A DNA stretch of 64,000 nucleotides from Bryobacteraceae bacterium (GCA_035293725.1 DATGMH010000092.1:24391-88390), one strand, 5' to 3'; numbered from the stretch's first letter, positions 44,770 to 54,461 are shown. Numbers and translations: made by a program. The notes: generated by a model from the sequence alone, not told the origin.

Positions 44770-47430
44770 ATGAAAGAGCCGAATCCTCAGACACGCATCC
44801 AAGCGGCGCTTCGCATGAACGGTAGAGCCTTGCTTTGCTCAGCCGCGTTACTGATATTGTGCAGCCAAACCGCGCACGCACAACTCCAAAAAGCCAAGGA
44901 ATTGCTCGACCGCGCGCTCCATCTCGCCGATCTCTACAACTGGGCGGATGCAGCGCCCGCATTCACCGAGGCAGAACAACGGTTCAGCAACGCAGGTGAC
45001 CGCCGCGACGCCCTGTATGCTCACCTCGGGGCGATCCGAGCCAATGTCGAGCGCGGCCAGCAAGGATTGCCAGCAGTTTCGGACCAACTTGCAGACGAAC
45101 TCCAAAATGATCCACTGCTCCAGACCGACCGAGAACTGAGGATGTTCTGCCTGATCGTAAAGGGTGACATCGATACCGAAATGAATACCGGCGCAATGCG
45201 CAGCGACTGGCAGGGAGTTGCGTCTCTTGCTCGCGAGCTTGGAAACGAGAAATGGCAGTACCGCGCCTTGGCCCAACTCGGCATCGCAGCATTTTACGAC
45301 GCAGATCTCCCAACCGCGCGGACAAGTGTTGGCACCGCGCTTGAAGAAGCAACCAAAGCGGGCGATCAGGCGGCTCAAGTTCGGTTCCTGATCATTCTGG
45401 CTAATGGCTTGGTGGAGACGAAGGCATTCGATCAGGCCCTCGCGTATCTTGATAACGCGACGAAGCTGGCGAGCACGATTCCGGATGCCGGCTACCAGTT
45501 TACCGCACAGGAGCTTCGCGCCGAAGCCTTGGTCGGCCTGAAGCAGCTCGACGCCGCCGAGCGTGCGGCCAATGAGCTGTTGGCGCATGCGCGCGAAGCG
45601 CGACGGGGATCGCATGAGGCAAGCGCGTTGGGTCTGTTGGCTGACATCGCCGCCGCCCGGAATGATCGCAAGAGCGCCCTCCTGATTCTTAACCAGACCA
45701 TTGGCCTAGCCAAAAGCGGCGGGTACACGCGGCTCCTCGCCGGAGTGTACGCCAGAGCCGCGGAAGTATACAAGCAGGAAGGCGATCTGACCGACGCAGA
45801 GAGCTCTGCTGAGTTGGCTGCTGAGTCGAGCCAGGCAAGCGGCGATTTGTGGGCGGTTCCGCAGCGCTTAGTGACGCTCGCCGGAATTGAGGTGGCCCGG
45901 GGCGACTTGGCCGGCGCGGACCGCGTGTACGACCGTGCGGAAGCATTCGTCGATTCTATGATCGGGAATCTTTCGACCGCTTTCGAGAAAACCGCCGTGA
46001 TTACCGCATCCAGCCAAATCTACACCGAACACTTTGCTCTCGTGGCCGGCAAGCTCAATGACATCTCGAAAGCGTATTCCATAATCGAGCAGGTCAGGGG
46101 TCGAGTGGCTGCTGATCTTCTCAGCGCGGGGTTAGCAAGCCAGGCCGGCGAGGAGGCACGAGAGCGGACGATCTCACAGCTAAAGCTGAAGCTCATGGCT
46201 GCTAAATCCACGGAAGATGTTCGCAAATTGCGCGATCAGATATTTATGGCGGAGCAGGCGAAATGGATATCGCCGGGAGCGGACATCCTCAGAACCAAAT
46301 CGCGGGAGACGATTGGGATTGATCAAATTCGCGAGTCATTACCCGCATCTGCCGTCCTCCTGGAATATGTCATCGCCGATCCAATATCGTACTGCCTGTC
46401 GATTTCACGCACGTCGGTTGGTATCGCCCGATTGGACAGCAAGGCCCGAATCGAAGGACTTGTCGCATCGTATCTAAAAGCGGTGAAAGATAAACAGCCC
46501 GCTGTATCGGAGGGCCGTGCCCTATACGATGCCGTCCTCCGCCCGGTGCGCGAAGTTGGCCAGAAACAGACCGTGGTTATCGTCCGCGATGGGCAGCTTC
46601 ACTTGGTGGCCTTTGATGCATTGCGTGAGCCGTCCGGACGATATGTGGTGGAGGCTCGGACAATTCTGTACTCACCTTCGGCGACCACGTTTTACCTGCT
46701 CGCCCAGGAGGGCATGAAAACCCGCGGAGCGCACAAGGCCCTTTTGGCAGTTGGAGGCATCCCATATGCGCGAAGTCCCATGAACCGGGCGGCCCTGACC
46801 AGAGGGTTCAGTCGTAGCGGCTTCGTGGATCTGCCGTCATCAGAGGACGAGGTGAGAGTTGCGCAGAGGGCGTTCCCTCTGCGCCAAAGCTCGCTGCTGC
46901 TGGGAAGATCTGCAACGGAGGCAGCGTTTAAGCGGGAACCACTTCAGGAGTTTCAAGTAATTCATCTTGCCGTCCACGCCTTCGCAGATCCTACATTTCC
47001 CGACCGCGCTGCTCTGGTGCTGATGAGTGATCCGTCGACCGGCGAAGACGGATTTCTGCAGGCTTCAGAAGTCGCACAATTGCGCCTGGATGCCGACCTT
47101 GTGGTCCTGTCAGCATGCGACACCGCTGTTGGCGCATTGAATGGACAGGAGGGTATAGCCAATCTGTCGAGGGCTTTCCTGCTCGCGGGCGCACGAACCG
47201 TTGTCTCGACTTTGTGGGAAGTCGATGATAGTTCGTCGCTGTTTCTGATGCGGCATTTCTATGCCCATCTGGGCGCGCACCAACTTCCGGCTGCGGCTTT
47301 AACGGCTGCCAAGCGGGACATGCTACGGACATTCGGTCGCAAAACGCTCCCTGCCCAGTGGGCGGCTTTCACTGTCGAAGGACAGTTTGGACGTTCCGTC
47401 GTGTCGAGCCAAGGCAGGAGTATCGAATGA
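44770..47430 (+). CDS. secreted TPR-repeat + CHAT-domain (caspase-fold) protease
   Basis: Signal peptide ..LLCSAALLILCSQTAHAQ and N-terminal TPR-like repeats. The CHAT dyad contexts are VIHLAVHAF (His736, 46975-46977) and VVLSACDTA (Cys783, 47116-47118). Confidence 0.8.
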   Translation: MKEPNPQTRIQAALRMNGRALLCSAALLILCSQTAHAQLQKAKELLDRALHLADLYNWADAAPAFTEAEQRFSNAGDRRDALYAHLGAIRANVERGQQGLPAVSDQLADELQNDPLLQTDRELRMFCLIVKGDIDTEMNTGAMRSDWQGVASLARELGNEKWQYRALAQLGIAAFYDADLPTARTSVGTALEEATKAGDQAAQVRFLIILANGLVETKAFDQALAYLDNATKLASTIPDAGYQFTAQELRAEALVGLKQLDAAERAANELLAHAREARRGSHEASALGLLADIAAARNDRKSALLILNQTIGLAKSGGYTRLLAGVYARAAEVYKQEGDLTDAESSAELAAESSQASGDLWAVPQRLVTLAGIEVARGDLAGADRVYDRAEAFVDSMIGNLSTAFEKTAVITASSQIYTEHFALVAGKLNDISKAYSIIEQVRGRVAADLLSAGLASQAGEEARERTISQLKLKLMAAKSTEDVRKLRDQIFMAEQAKWISPGADILRTKSRETIGIDQIRESLPASAVLLEYVIADPISYCLSISRTSVGIARLDSKARIEGLVASYLKAVKDKQPAVSEGRALYDAVLRPVREVGQKQTVVIVRDGQLHLVAFDALREPSGRYVVEARTILYSPSATTFYLLAQEGMKTRGAHKALLAVGGIPYARSPMNRAALTRGFSRSGFVDLPSSEDEVRVAQRAFPLRQSSLLLGRSATEAAFKREPLQEFQVIHLAVHAFADPTFPDRAALVLMSDPSTGEDGFLQASEVAQLRLDADLVVLSACDTAVGALNGQEGIANLSRAFLLAGARTVVSTLWEVDDSSSLFLMRHFYAHLGAHQLPAAALTAAKRDMLRTFGRKTLPAQWAAFTVEGQFGRSVVSSQGRSIE

Positions 47431-47443
47431 GAGGAAGATCGAA

Positions 47444-48685
47444 ATGGCATTGGATGCGAAACAACGCGCCGGCATTCTGAAATCCATAAGGAAGCTCGTT
47501 CTTGCGCATCATATCAACGTGGCTGGAATCGATTACCGGATCTGGGCCGAACAGGTGGATGCGCGAACGCCGGAATTGCTGAACTGTGACCTACCCACAT
47601 TCGAAGCCGGCGTACGTCAACTTCTAGGCGAACTGAAAACAAGTCACACGGTTTTCTACCATTCCCTTCCGAAGGAAATGTTGCCTCAGCACACGATCAA
47701 CGCGAGTCTACGCGACATCGCTTTAGACGGCGAGCGCAAATGGATGTTCCTGGACGTCTTCGAAGCCGGTCCAGCCAACCTGGCCGGAATCAGGCCGGGA
47801 GACATCCTTGAAGGTGTGGATGGCACGACTGCTACACCACCGGCCACGCCTTACTTCGGAATCGGCCAAAGACACACACTGCGCGTTCGCCGAGGGTGCG
47901 AGAGGGAAATCGCCGAGGTCATAATAGATGTGCCTTTGCGCAAAGGGACGAAGCAACGTCCTCCAATCGTTGAGCCGAAGAGCCCGATTCATTCGGTGAT
48001 TTCACCCAAAATCGGTTCCCTGAAAATCCCTTACTTTCCAGGTGCAATGGGCATGCGGTTTGCAGCCGCACTCGATCGGGCAATAGACGACATGAAGCGG
48101 GAAGGGTGTGATCGTCTGATCATTGACCTTCGCGGCAATATCGGGGGGAGCCTTGGATTCGCGCGGCTCGCGAGCTATATGTGTCCAGGCAAGATCCCGA
48201 TTGGCCACAGTCTCACTCCGAAGCGTCTCCGCACTGGCTACGATCCAGCGAGCCTTCCCCGAGTGCCGATGCCGCGAAGCCGCGCAGAACTTCTGATTAC
48301 GCTCGGATTATTCGCTTTTCGGGATAAGTCCGTCATGCTTCTAACACAAGGTCTTGGACCACAACCCTTTCATGGCAGGATAGTTCTCCTCGTCAACGAA
48401 TGGACGAACAGCGCCGCGGAAATGCTCGCCAATTTCGCCGCTGAGAATCGACTTGCAACGCTTATCGGACAGAAGACCCGCGGTAACGTCCTCGGGGCGG
48501 CGAACTTCAAGGTTGGCGGCGGATACTGGCTGCGAATTCCGGTTTTTGGATGGTTCACTTCTAGGGGCATCAGCATCGAAGGAAAAGGAGTTTCCCCTGA
48601 TCGTTTTGTGGACATAACGCAGGACGCGCTTGCCGCCGGTCACGATCAACAAATCGACGATGCGATAGAGAACTTGTCGGGATGA
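47444..48685 (+). CDS. S41-family peptidase with a PDZ domain
   Basis: GAGGAAG RBS. LAGIRPGDILEGVDG (PDZ), LIIDLRGNIGGSLGF and LVNEWTNSAAEMLA. I see no obvious signal peptide. Confidence 0.75.
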   Translation: MALDAKQRAGILKSIRKLVLAHHINVAGIDYRIWAEQVDARTPELLNCDLPTFEAGVRQLLGELKTSHTVFYHSLPKEMLPQHTINASLRDIALDGERKWMFLDVFEAGPANLAGIRPGDILEGVDGTTATPPATPYFGIGQRHTLRVRRGCEREIAEVIIDVPLRKGTKQRPPIVEPKSPIHSVISPKIGSLKIPYFPGAMGMRFAAALDRAIDDMKREGCDRLIIDLRGNIGGSLGFARLASYMCPGKIPIGHSLTPKRLRTGYDPASLPRVPMPRSRAELLITLGLFAFRDKSVMLLTQGLGPQPFHGRIVLLVNEWTNSAAEMLANFAAENRLATLIGQKTRGNVLGAANFKVGGGYWLRIPVFGWFTSRGISIEGKGVSPDRFVDITQDALAAGHDQQIDDAIENLSG

Positions 48686-48767
48686 ACCGCGGTAATCAAC
48701 GAAGGCCTGTGCTGTCGGCCTCGTCCCTCAATACCTGATTCTTAGATTTCGCTACAGGCCGGTTCGC

Positions 48768-49570
48768 TTACTGGTCTCGCACTACGCCGCCGAACTCGCT
48801 CTCGCAAGAGCGCCAGTATCCGCAGTACTGTCGTGAACAAAGATGACTGCCTCGGTGTGGGAGGTAGATTCCCTCCCGGATCGATTCCTGCACCATCGGA
48901 TAGATGGTCTCCGCATATTTGCGATCCGCCGGACCGAATATTTGCGATCCGCCGGACCGATCTGGAAGCTCTTCTGCGCAAGGCTGACTGTGCGTCCCTT
49001 CGTGACGGTATCGAGTCGGCACAAACCGCTGGCAGCCGGGGTAATCATAGCGTAGCTGGTCAATTGAAGCCTGTGGTCATGCGAGATGCCCTTGATCGGC
49101 TTAAGGGCGCTCTTGGTATCGATGATTCGTCCATCGGCATCGAGAAGATCGACGTACCCGCGCACTTTTACGCCGCCGATCATGCCCGTTACGGCAGTCT
49201 CGACAGCTGCCGGTTGAATCAATGGTGCTGCTTCGCACAGATATTTCTGGAGCATCACGGTCCCGAGCTCGAGCATCTCAACTGCGTCGACGCCACGAAC
49301 GAGCGCGGCGCTCTCCAGGTGTTGGCCCAGCGACGATCGGAACGATTCAACGGCGTCGGTGAGCGGCAAGTCCGAATGTCTCTGGAGCTTGTGCCGGAAA
49401 TTGTGTGCGATCGCTTCATGAAATGCCTTGCCTAGGGCTGTAGCAGTTGTTGCCGCCTCCGGAAGGTCAAGAAGATACCTGAAATACCATTTCGCCGGGC
49501 AGTGCAAGAACTGGGTCACCTGCGACGGCGACAGGACCGCTGCGGGCTGCCACCCCTCTTGTGCCGTCAT
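48768..49570 (-). pseudogene. PD-(D/E)xK (Cas4/RecB-like, phage-type) nuclease disrupted by a 23-bp tandem duplication
   Basis: Motifs LHCPAKWYF and GYVDLLDADGRIIDTKS. The C-terminal ..YAETIYPMVQESIREGIYLPHRGSHLCSRQYCGYWRSCE is in another frame (ORF 48768..49022). The two frames are reconciled by removing one 23-bp unit. Confidence 0.75.
48915..48960. repeat. perfect 23-bp tandem duplication
   Basis: ATATTTGCGATCCGCCGGACCGA occurs at 48915-48937 and again at 48938-48960. Confidence 0.95.
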
Positions 49571-49581
49571 ATGCCACCGCC

Positions 49582-50133
49582 TTACCGCGATGCGTTCGCA
49601 TAAATCCGCAACGCGATTTCGCGGACGTCCTCGCTCGTGAACTGCAGAGAGATGCCGTGCGTGCCGGCGTACCGTTCACCTTCGGCGACTGCGTCGACCG
49701 CTAGCGCCAATGCCTGCTTGAGGGATTGGGCGCTCGCACCACCGGGCGCCACCGGCCCGACTGTGCCATTGCCGGATGCTTGACCCAAAGTTTGCTTCTC
49801 TGGACGCGCATTGACCGCCCACCCGTTCTCCACGATGGATTCTCCGTTCCGATGCCTGGAGGTGCGCCCGTTGGCAACTACTTGCCATTCGATGGTCCGG
49901 CGGGTTCCCTTCTTCTTCTCGGCCTTGGTGATCGTGAATAGCTCGCCCCGGCCGATCTCCAAATCCTCAATTTGCTTCCGTACGATCGGCGGCACATACA
50001 TGACACGGCCGTCTGTGAGCGTGTAAAGAACCTGATCGCCGTATTGGCCGGTGACATCTTTGCCGTCCCCGTACTTCAGCGCGACTTCCACCGGAATGTT
50101 GGTTTGAAAAACAAGTTTGTCGGCCATACTCAA
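49582..50133 (-). CDS. hypothetical protein (mobile-element context)
   Basis: 183-aa ORF, 12 nt upstream of the nuclease gene on the same strand. No recognised domain. Confidence 0.5.
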   Translation of the reverse strand: MSMADKLVFQTNIPVEVALKYGDGKDVTGQYGDQVLYTLTDGRVMYVPPIVRKQIEDLEIGRGELFTITKAEKKKGTRRTIEWQVVANGRTSRHRNGESIVENGWAVNARPEKQTLGQASGNGTVGPVAPGGASAQSLKQALALAVDAVAEGERYAGTHGISLQFTSEDVREIALRIYANASR

Positions 50134-50288
50134 CTCCTATCGTGAGCGTCGAATCGTCGTTGCTGCTGCTTTTCAGCCGCGCACGTCTGCCGTCGATGCA
50201 GGTTCTTGCAAGCCAAAACGCGGCCAGTATCGCGATCAACGCGTCTGCCGGATTTTTCAATCGATCGGCAGCCGAGTTCGAAGCAGGC

Positions 50289-50864
50289 TCAAATCACCTC
50301 TGAATACGGCGTTTGCAGACTATGCAACCAATTCCGAAACTCGAGGCGCTCGGCCTTTTCGATCCATCGCAGTTGTTCGTCTCCGAGGGGATTAGTAACC
50401 GGCCCCGCATTCCGGAACAAGCGGATCAGATGAAATCCGTACAATCGATGCCACTTCTTCTGAAAGGCAACACGAACTCGGGCGTGGCACCGCCGGTCGA
50501 ACGGAAAGACAGGATAAGCGACTTCCAGTCCTTCGCGCCGATGAAGCTGTTCGAGACGGGCACAGGCGCGGATGATGAGGGGCTGTTCGTTAGCGGAGCA
50601 GATCCATTCGAGGAGATGCCAATCCGCGAGCTTGTCGCGCGTGTAGTCGGTGATCTGCGTCAGCGCCGCGTCGTTGCGAACCAAGTGTGACAGCGACTCG
50701 TCGCTCAAAACACGCATCAGGCCACGAAAATAGTGTTCGTAATCGAGCTGGTCGAGGATCTCGGCAAGCGATTCGCACTCCCTTACGAGCGTCACGAGCC
50801 GCTTTCTACCCCTCTCCATCGGTGCCGCCGGATTCGCCAGCTGCGCGCTGCGGCAAATCTTCAA
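50289..50864 (-). CDS. hypothetical protein (mobile-element context)
   Basis: 191-aa ORF with no recognised domain. The start could instead be at 50819. Confidence 0.45.
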   Translation of the reverse strand: MKICRSAQLANPAAPMERGRKRLVTLVRECESLAEILDQLDYEHYFRGLMRVLSDESLSHLVRNDAALTQITDYTRDKLADWHLLEWICSANEQPLIIRACARLEQLHRREGLEVAYPVFPFDRRCHARVRVAFQKKWHRLYGFHLIRLFRNAGPVTNPLGDEQLRWIEKAERLEFRNWLHSLQTPYSEVI

Positions 50865-50893
50865 ACATTATAAACCCGTTTGAAAGAGCGTGG

Positions 50894-50920
50894 GCCAAGC
50901 GTGCCAAGCGTGCCAAGCGT
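50894..50920. repeat. 9-bp tandem repeat x3
   Basis: GCCAAGCGT x3, immediately upstream of the 50864 start. Confidence 0.9.
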
Positions 50921-51069
50921 TCAAACGGCGATCCACGAAGCAAAATCCACGGTGCAATATCAGCGCCTCTGGGACCGAAGGTCTGATCCAGCGCGACCGC
51001 CGTACACTGAAGAATGTGATTGGACGATTCACAGTCCAGCTCAGGCAGGCGGTTTTTGGCAGTCCGGAG

Positions 51070-51336
51070 CTATTCTTGCCCGTTTTCCTGTTGCTGACCT
51101 GGAAGATCACCGCCATCGCCAGCACAACCAGACCCCTGATTCTGGCACTTCTTCTCACCGGAATGCTCGTCCTGTACGGTGTCGCCGTCCATGACGGTGA
51201 CATGTAATCCGTAAGGGTGACCTTGAACGAGCATCGCCTGGTGGAGGTAGGGCAACCCTCCGAGGATGGAACTGCCGGTCCCACCGCACCCAACGACCAG
51301 CACCCTCACCTCTGCCAGGGCCTCTTTCGGCCGCAA
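51070..51336 (-). pseudogene. N-terminal remnant of a ThiF/E1-like (PRTRC-type) protein
   Basis: EVRVLVVGCGGTGSSILGGLPYLHQAMLVQGHPYGLHVTVMDGDTV is a Rossmann GxGxxG opening typical of ThiF-family proteins from PRTRC cassettes. The similarity is lost after ~55 aa. Confidence 0.5.
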
Positions 51337-51365
51337 TGAGTTGTGCGTCGGCGGATCTGTTTGAG

Positions 51366-51534
51366 ATCTGGGGCGGCCGAAACCGCCCCCTCCATTCCGG
51401 CGCTTGAGTCGGCGCTCGGGTCGCATTCCTGCGGAGCCCTGTCCTCCGCTCAAGTGCCTCTATTGTATTCGAACCAAAACAGCCATTCTGGCCGAAAAGC
51501 GATAAATTCCGGGGGTTTGGGGGCAGAGTCCCCA
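51366..51534. repeat. copy B of the dispersed ~170-190-nt repeat
   Basis: Aligns with 3424..3610. Hairpin GGGGCGG-ccgaaa-CCGCCCC at 51370-51389. It abuts both gene remnants. Confidence 0.7.
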
Positions 51535-51548
51535 ATTCACCAAAGTTC

Positions 51549-51731
51549 CCTTACCGAATTGACTCGGCCTTGGTGCCGATAAAGATCCCTACACAGGCAT
51601 ACGCATTTTTGTTATGCATGCTGGACCGCACGCTAATCTATACGGCGTTGACGCGCGGGACAGAACAGGTGGTGTTCATCGGTGATCGGGACGCGTTCAA
51701 TACCGCAGTGACCGCACCTCCCCCGCATTAA
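51549..51731 (+). pseudogene. C-terminal remnant of a RecD/TraA-like (UvrD_C_2) helicase
   Basis: ..ALVPIKIPTQAYAFLLCMLDRTLIYTALTRGTEQVVFIGDRDAFNTAV..* is the typical final motif of SF1 RecD-like helicases. There is no upstream helicase sequence. Confidence 0.6.
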
Positions 51732-51805
51732 CGCCAGGTCGGCTTTTTGGATCTGAGCCGCGTTCTCTCTTCTGAAACCAGTTTCGGGCGGTGACTGGCG
51801 CAGCC

Positions 51806-51865
51806 GGAAGGTGGCCCGAAGGCCGCCATCAATTCGGAGTCGGGGTGCAGGCCTGTGCGGCCAGT
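51806..51865. repeat. partial copy C of the dispersed repeat
   Basis: GGAAGGTGGCCCGAAGGCCGCCATCAATTCGGAG matches GGAGGCGGCCCGAAGGCCGCCATCCACTCCGGG of copy A. Hairpin at 51810-51827. Confidence 0.55.
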
Positions 51866-51878
51866 TCGGCAACGGTAG

Positions 51879-53063
51879 CTAATAACCCAAGCCGCCTCGG
51901 TTCTTTGACCACCAGTCTTTCCAAAACGAGATATACGAGGCCTCGTTCGCCCCAATTGCCTGCCGCCCTAAGGCAAAATGTGCCACCGTATCTTGGGTTT
52001 TGTACGGGGCGTTCGCAGGGAACTGCAGGTATGCTAGCGTCGCCACTGTTTGCCTGGTCTGAACCGGGAGCCCATTCGCGAAGGCACCCATGCCGCCAAC
52101 CGCCTCCACGCGCAAGTTCAAATCTGAATCATCCAGTAGCGTTGCCAGGAACGGCAGCGCAACAGCAGTGTGGACAGCGGCCAAAGCGTGCGCGGCAACT
52201 TCTCGAAGCGTCGTTGGTATTGAAGAGTCGGTTGTAACTTGGCCAACTGCCATTACCGAAGCAGGGTCAATAGCCCGAAAGTGTTCTCGGAGGCTCAAGA
52301 GCAACACCCCTTCCGCAGGACGACCTGCGACCATGGACGCGATCTTTGCAGCCGCGGTTAGTGCTGACGCATCGCCGGATCGAATCAAGCCGCTCAAACC
52401 CAGGATACGTTGTTCAGCAGAAGAGGAGTTAACCAGTCGCCGATAGAACACTTGAGGAATAGATGACTTCAACTCATCTATTCCGCCACTAAGCAGCGCG
52501 TACGACTGAAGACTGTAACTGGTCGCACTTTCAGCCGCCGAACAGATCTCTGAGGCAAGCTTGTCGTCAACGGAAGCTGGGGCGCTGTAAGCGTAGGCGC
52601 TAACAACCGGGCCCGGCGGTGCAGGAACGTAGATATTGCTTAGTTGCATTGTCCCCTGCACAACTGGAACTACCCGCCATGCGCCCGGCGTGCGCTGAAG
52701 AAACCAGATTCCTGTACTGCCGACATCCCCGCTCCCTCCACTTCCCGCCGTACCTTGATTTCCACTAAGCCAATATGCGCCGATCGAACTGCCCGTTACA
52801 GATCCATCGCCTTTTATAACCCGATTAACCTGCAGCGAAAAATCGAACCTAGAACCGTTTTGAACAATACCAGCGGCAGTTCCGTTAACGATAAGATCGG
52901 CTGTCTGCTCAAGCGTAACGATGGACTGGGGTGCCACCAAGGCTCCCCGCAGCAGGTCCGTGCCGCCCAAGAACAGTGTGAGAGCTAGCCAGAGACCAAC
53001 GATATTCGCCTTCATAGTTCTCGCCATTTCCATTGTCTCCTTAGTAGTGGGCACCGTGGTCAA
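51879..53063 (-). CDS. secreted hypothetical protein with a HEAT/armadillo-like C-terminal half
   Basis: Signal peptide ..MKANIVGLWLALTLFLGG. The C-half is helical repeats (..ALPFLATLLDDSDLNLRVEAVGGMGAF..). Confidence 0.55.
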   Translation of the reverse strand: MTTVPTTKETMEMARTMKANIVGLWLALTLFLGGTDLLRGALVAPQSIVTLEQTADLIVNGTAAGIVQNGSRFDFSLQVNRVIKGDGSVTGSSIGAYWLSGNQGTAGSGGSGDVGSTGIWFLQRTPGAWRVVPVVQGTMQLSNIYVPAPPGPVVSAYAYSAPASVDDKLASEICSAAESATSYSLQSYALLSGGIDELKSSIPQVFYRRLVNSSSAEQRILGLSGLIRSGDASALTAAAKIASMVAGRPAEGVLLLSLREHFRAIDPASVMAVGQVTTDSSIPTTLREVAAHALAAVHTAVALPFLATLLDDSDLNLRVEAVGGMGAFANGLPVQTRQTVATLAYLQFPANAPYKTQDTVAHFALGRQAIGANEASYISFWKDWWSKNRGGLGY

Positions 53064-53133
53064 GATACTCGGCCTGCGTATCTGCTCTCACTGGTGTGCC
53101 AGACCCGCTTGTTTGGGAGCCAATACGGAGCGC

Positions 53134-53835
53134 TCACGGGTAATTGTGACGCACCAATGTGGTTCCGTTCCCAGGCGGCTGAGCAGCCGGGGAGCCGCCG
53201 GAGTGTCCAATCTCGTCTCCTATCAGGTAAGTCGTCATATAAATCCCACCCGATGAAGGATAAATCCAATTGTTCGAGATATCGTTGACGAAAGTTCCAA
53301 ACTTTTCGTTTGCATCAATGCCGCCGTCGAGATTTCCACAAGAATCCACGACGCTCCATACGTACTGCGTCAGATAACCTAAATACCAAGGATTGGTCTG
53401 GGGATAGCCAGATTGCAGATTCGTATAACTCGGAGCGACTATAGTCACGTTGAATGGAGCCGAAGAGTAGCCTCCATAACTAACGTAAACCTGGATGTCC
53501 GAAAGGCAGCCACTGCTCGTCGATTGGGCTGTGGCAACGGGATTCGCGCAGTCATAGCAACTGAGACTGATCTTGCCTTGACTGTTTTGGACGACCGTCC
53601 AGCTTGGGCTGCCCGGTGCTCCGTTGGGATCGGATGTTAATTGGGACTGGGCATAGTAACATGGTCCAGTCTGCCCGCTACACGTCCCTCCGTCTGCCAA
53701 AATGCCGCTGCCGAGCCACCAGAATGCGTTTGCTCCCGAGATTGTTGGCGTGTATTGGGCGAATGCGTGACCTGCAAGGCCATTTGCAACGACAGAAATG
53801 ACAAAAAGATTAACAATTCGTTGCAACAATGTCAT
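53134..53835 (-). CDS. secreted hypothetical protein
   Basis: Signal peptide MTLLQRIVNLFVISVVANGLAGHAFAQ. Cys-containing, with no recognised domain. Confidence 0.55.
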   Translation of the reverse strand: MTLLQRIVNLFVISVVANGLAGHAFAQYTPTISGANAFWWLGSGILADGGTCSGQTGPCYYAQSQLTSDPNGAPGSPSWTVVQNSQGKISLSCYDCANPVATAQSTSSGCLSDIQVYVSYGGYSSAPFNVTIVAPSYTNLQSGYPQTNPWYLGYLTQYVWSVVDSCGNLDGGIDANEKFGTFVNDISNNWIYPSSGGIYMTTYLIGDEIGHSGGSPAAQPPGNGTTLVRHNYP

Positions 53836-54188
53836 GATTGTCCTCCCGTGAACTGCTGATGGGCATGGCGACGACAGTTTCAGGCCATTCCTGGAAGATG
53901 AGATTTCTCAACTCTAGTCTGCATGGACCACGGCATCCGTATATCGCAGAGAACGAGATCGAACGAGATCGACAATGCCAGGATACTCTCTCAAGGCCTT
54001 CAATGCTGTTCCCCGTCTTCTGCGGTCAGCAGAGTGTATCCTTGCCCTTCCGGCATCGCTGCCGCAACCTTTCGGACCATCAGTTCGTTATCGGCAATGA
54101 GAACTGACGAACGGCATTCTGTTCGTCTTCGGGTCCATAGGGCCAAGAACCGTCACGCCGCAAAAATTCGGGCGGTCACCACCCACTG

Positions 54189-54461
54189 TTACGGCCGGAA
54201 CTCCCCAACTGAACCACACCTCGGGCATAGCCATACCTGATCTGCTTTGCCGTTGGATTGCGTTCTAAACTCGCCAACTGTCAACTTGACGATCCCACAC
54301 TTTTTGCAACGGATACGGCAGCCGCTATAGCTGCTATCCCGTGGTGAGCGGACGACAGCTCGTTGAGCTTTGATCTCTTCCATTCCTTCCGGCGAACGCG
54401 CCCCGGGCGTGTAATGCAACAAAGGCTGCGTTGGGAGCGAACCTGAACGTGCCGGGTTCAC
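54189..54461 (-). CDS. possible small zinc-ribbon protein
   Basis: CRIRCKKCG...CPRCG (two CxxC pairs). There is no clear RBS and the start is uncertain (perhaps M at 54383). Confidence 0.25.
   Translation of the reverse strand: MNPARSGSLPTQPLLHYTPGARSPEGMEEIKAQRAVVRSPRDSSYSGCRIRCKKCGIVKLTVGEFRTQSNGKADQVWLCPRCGSVGEFRP

Noticed and set aside
48915-48960. CRISPR-like array
   Set aside because: There are only two abutting identical units with no spacers. No other repeat-spacer structure exists in the window.
50894-50920. Sigma-54 promoter within the 9-bp repeats (minus strand TGGCACGCTTGGCAC)
   Set aside because: The GG-to-GC spacing is 10 rather than 12, so the match is an artefact of the repeat.
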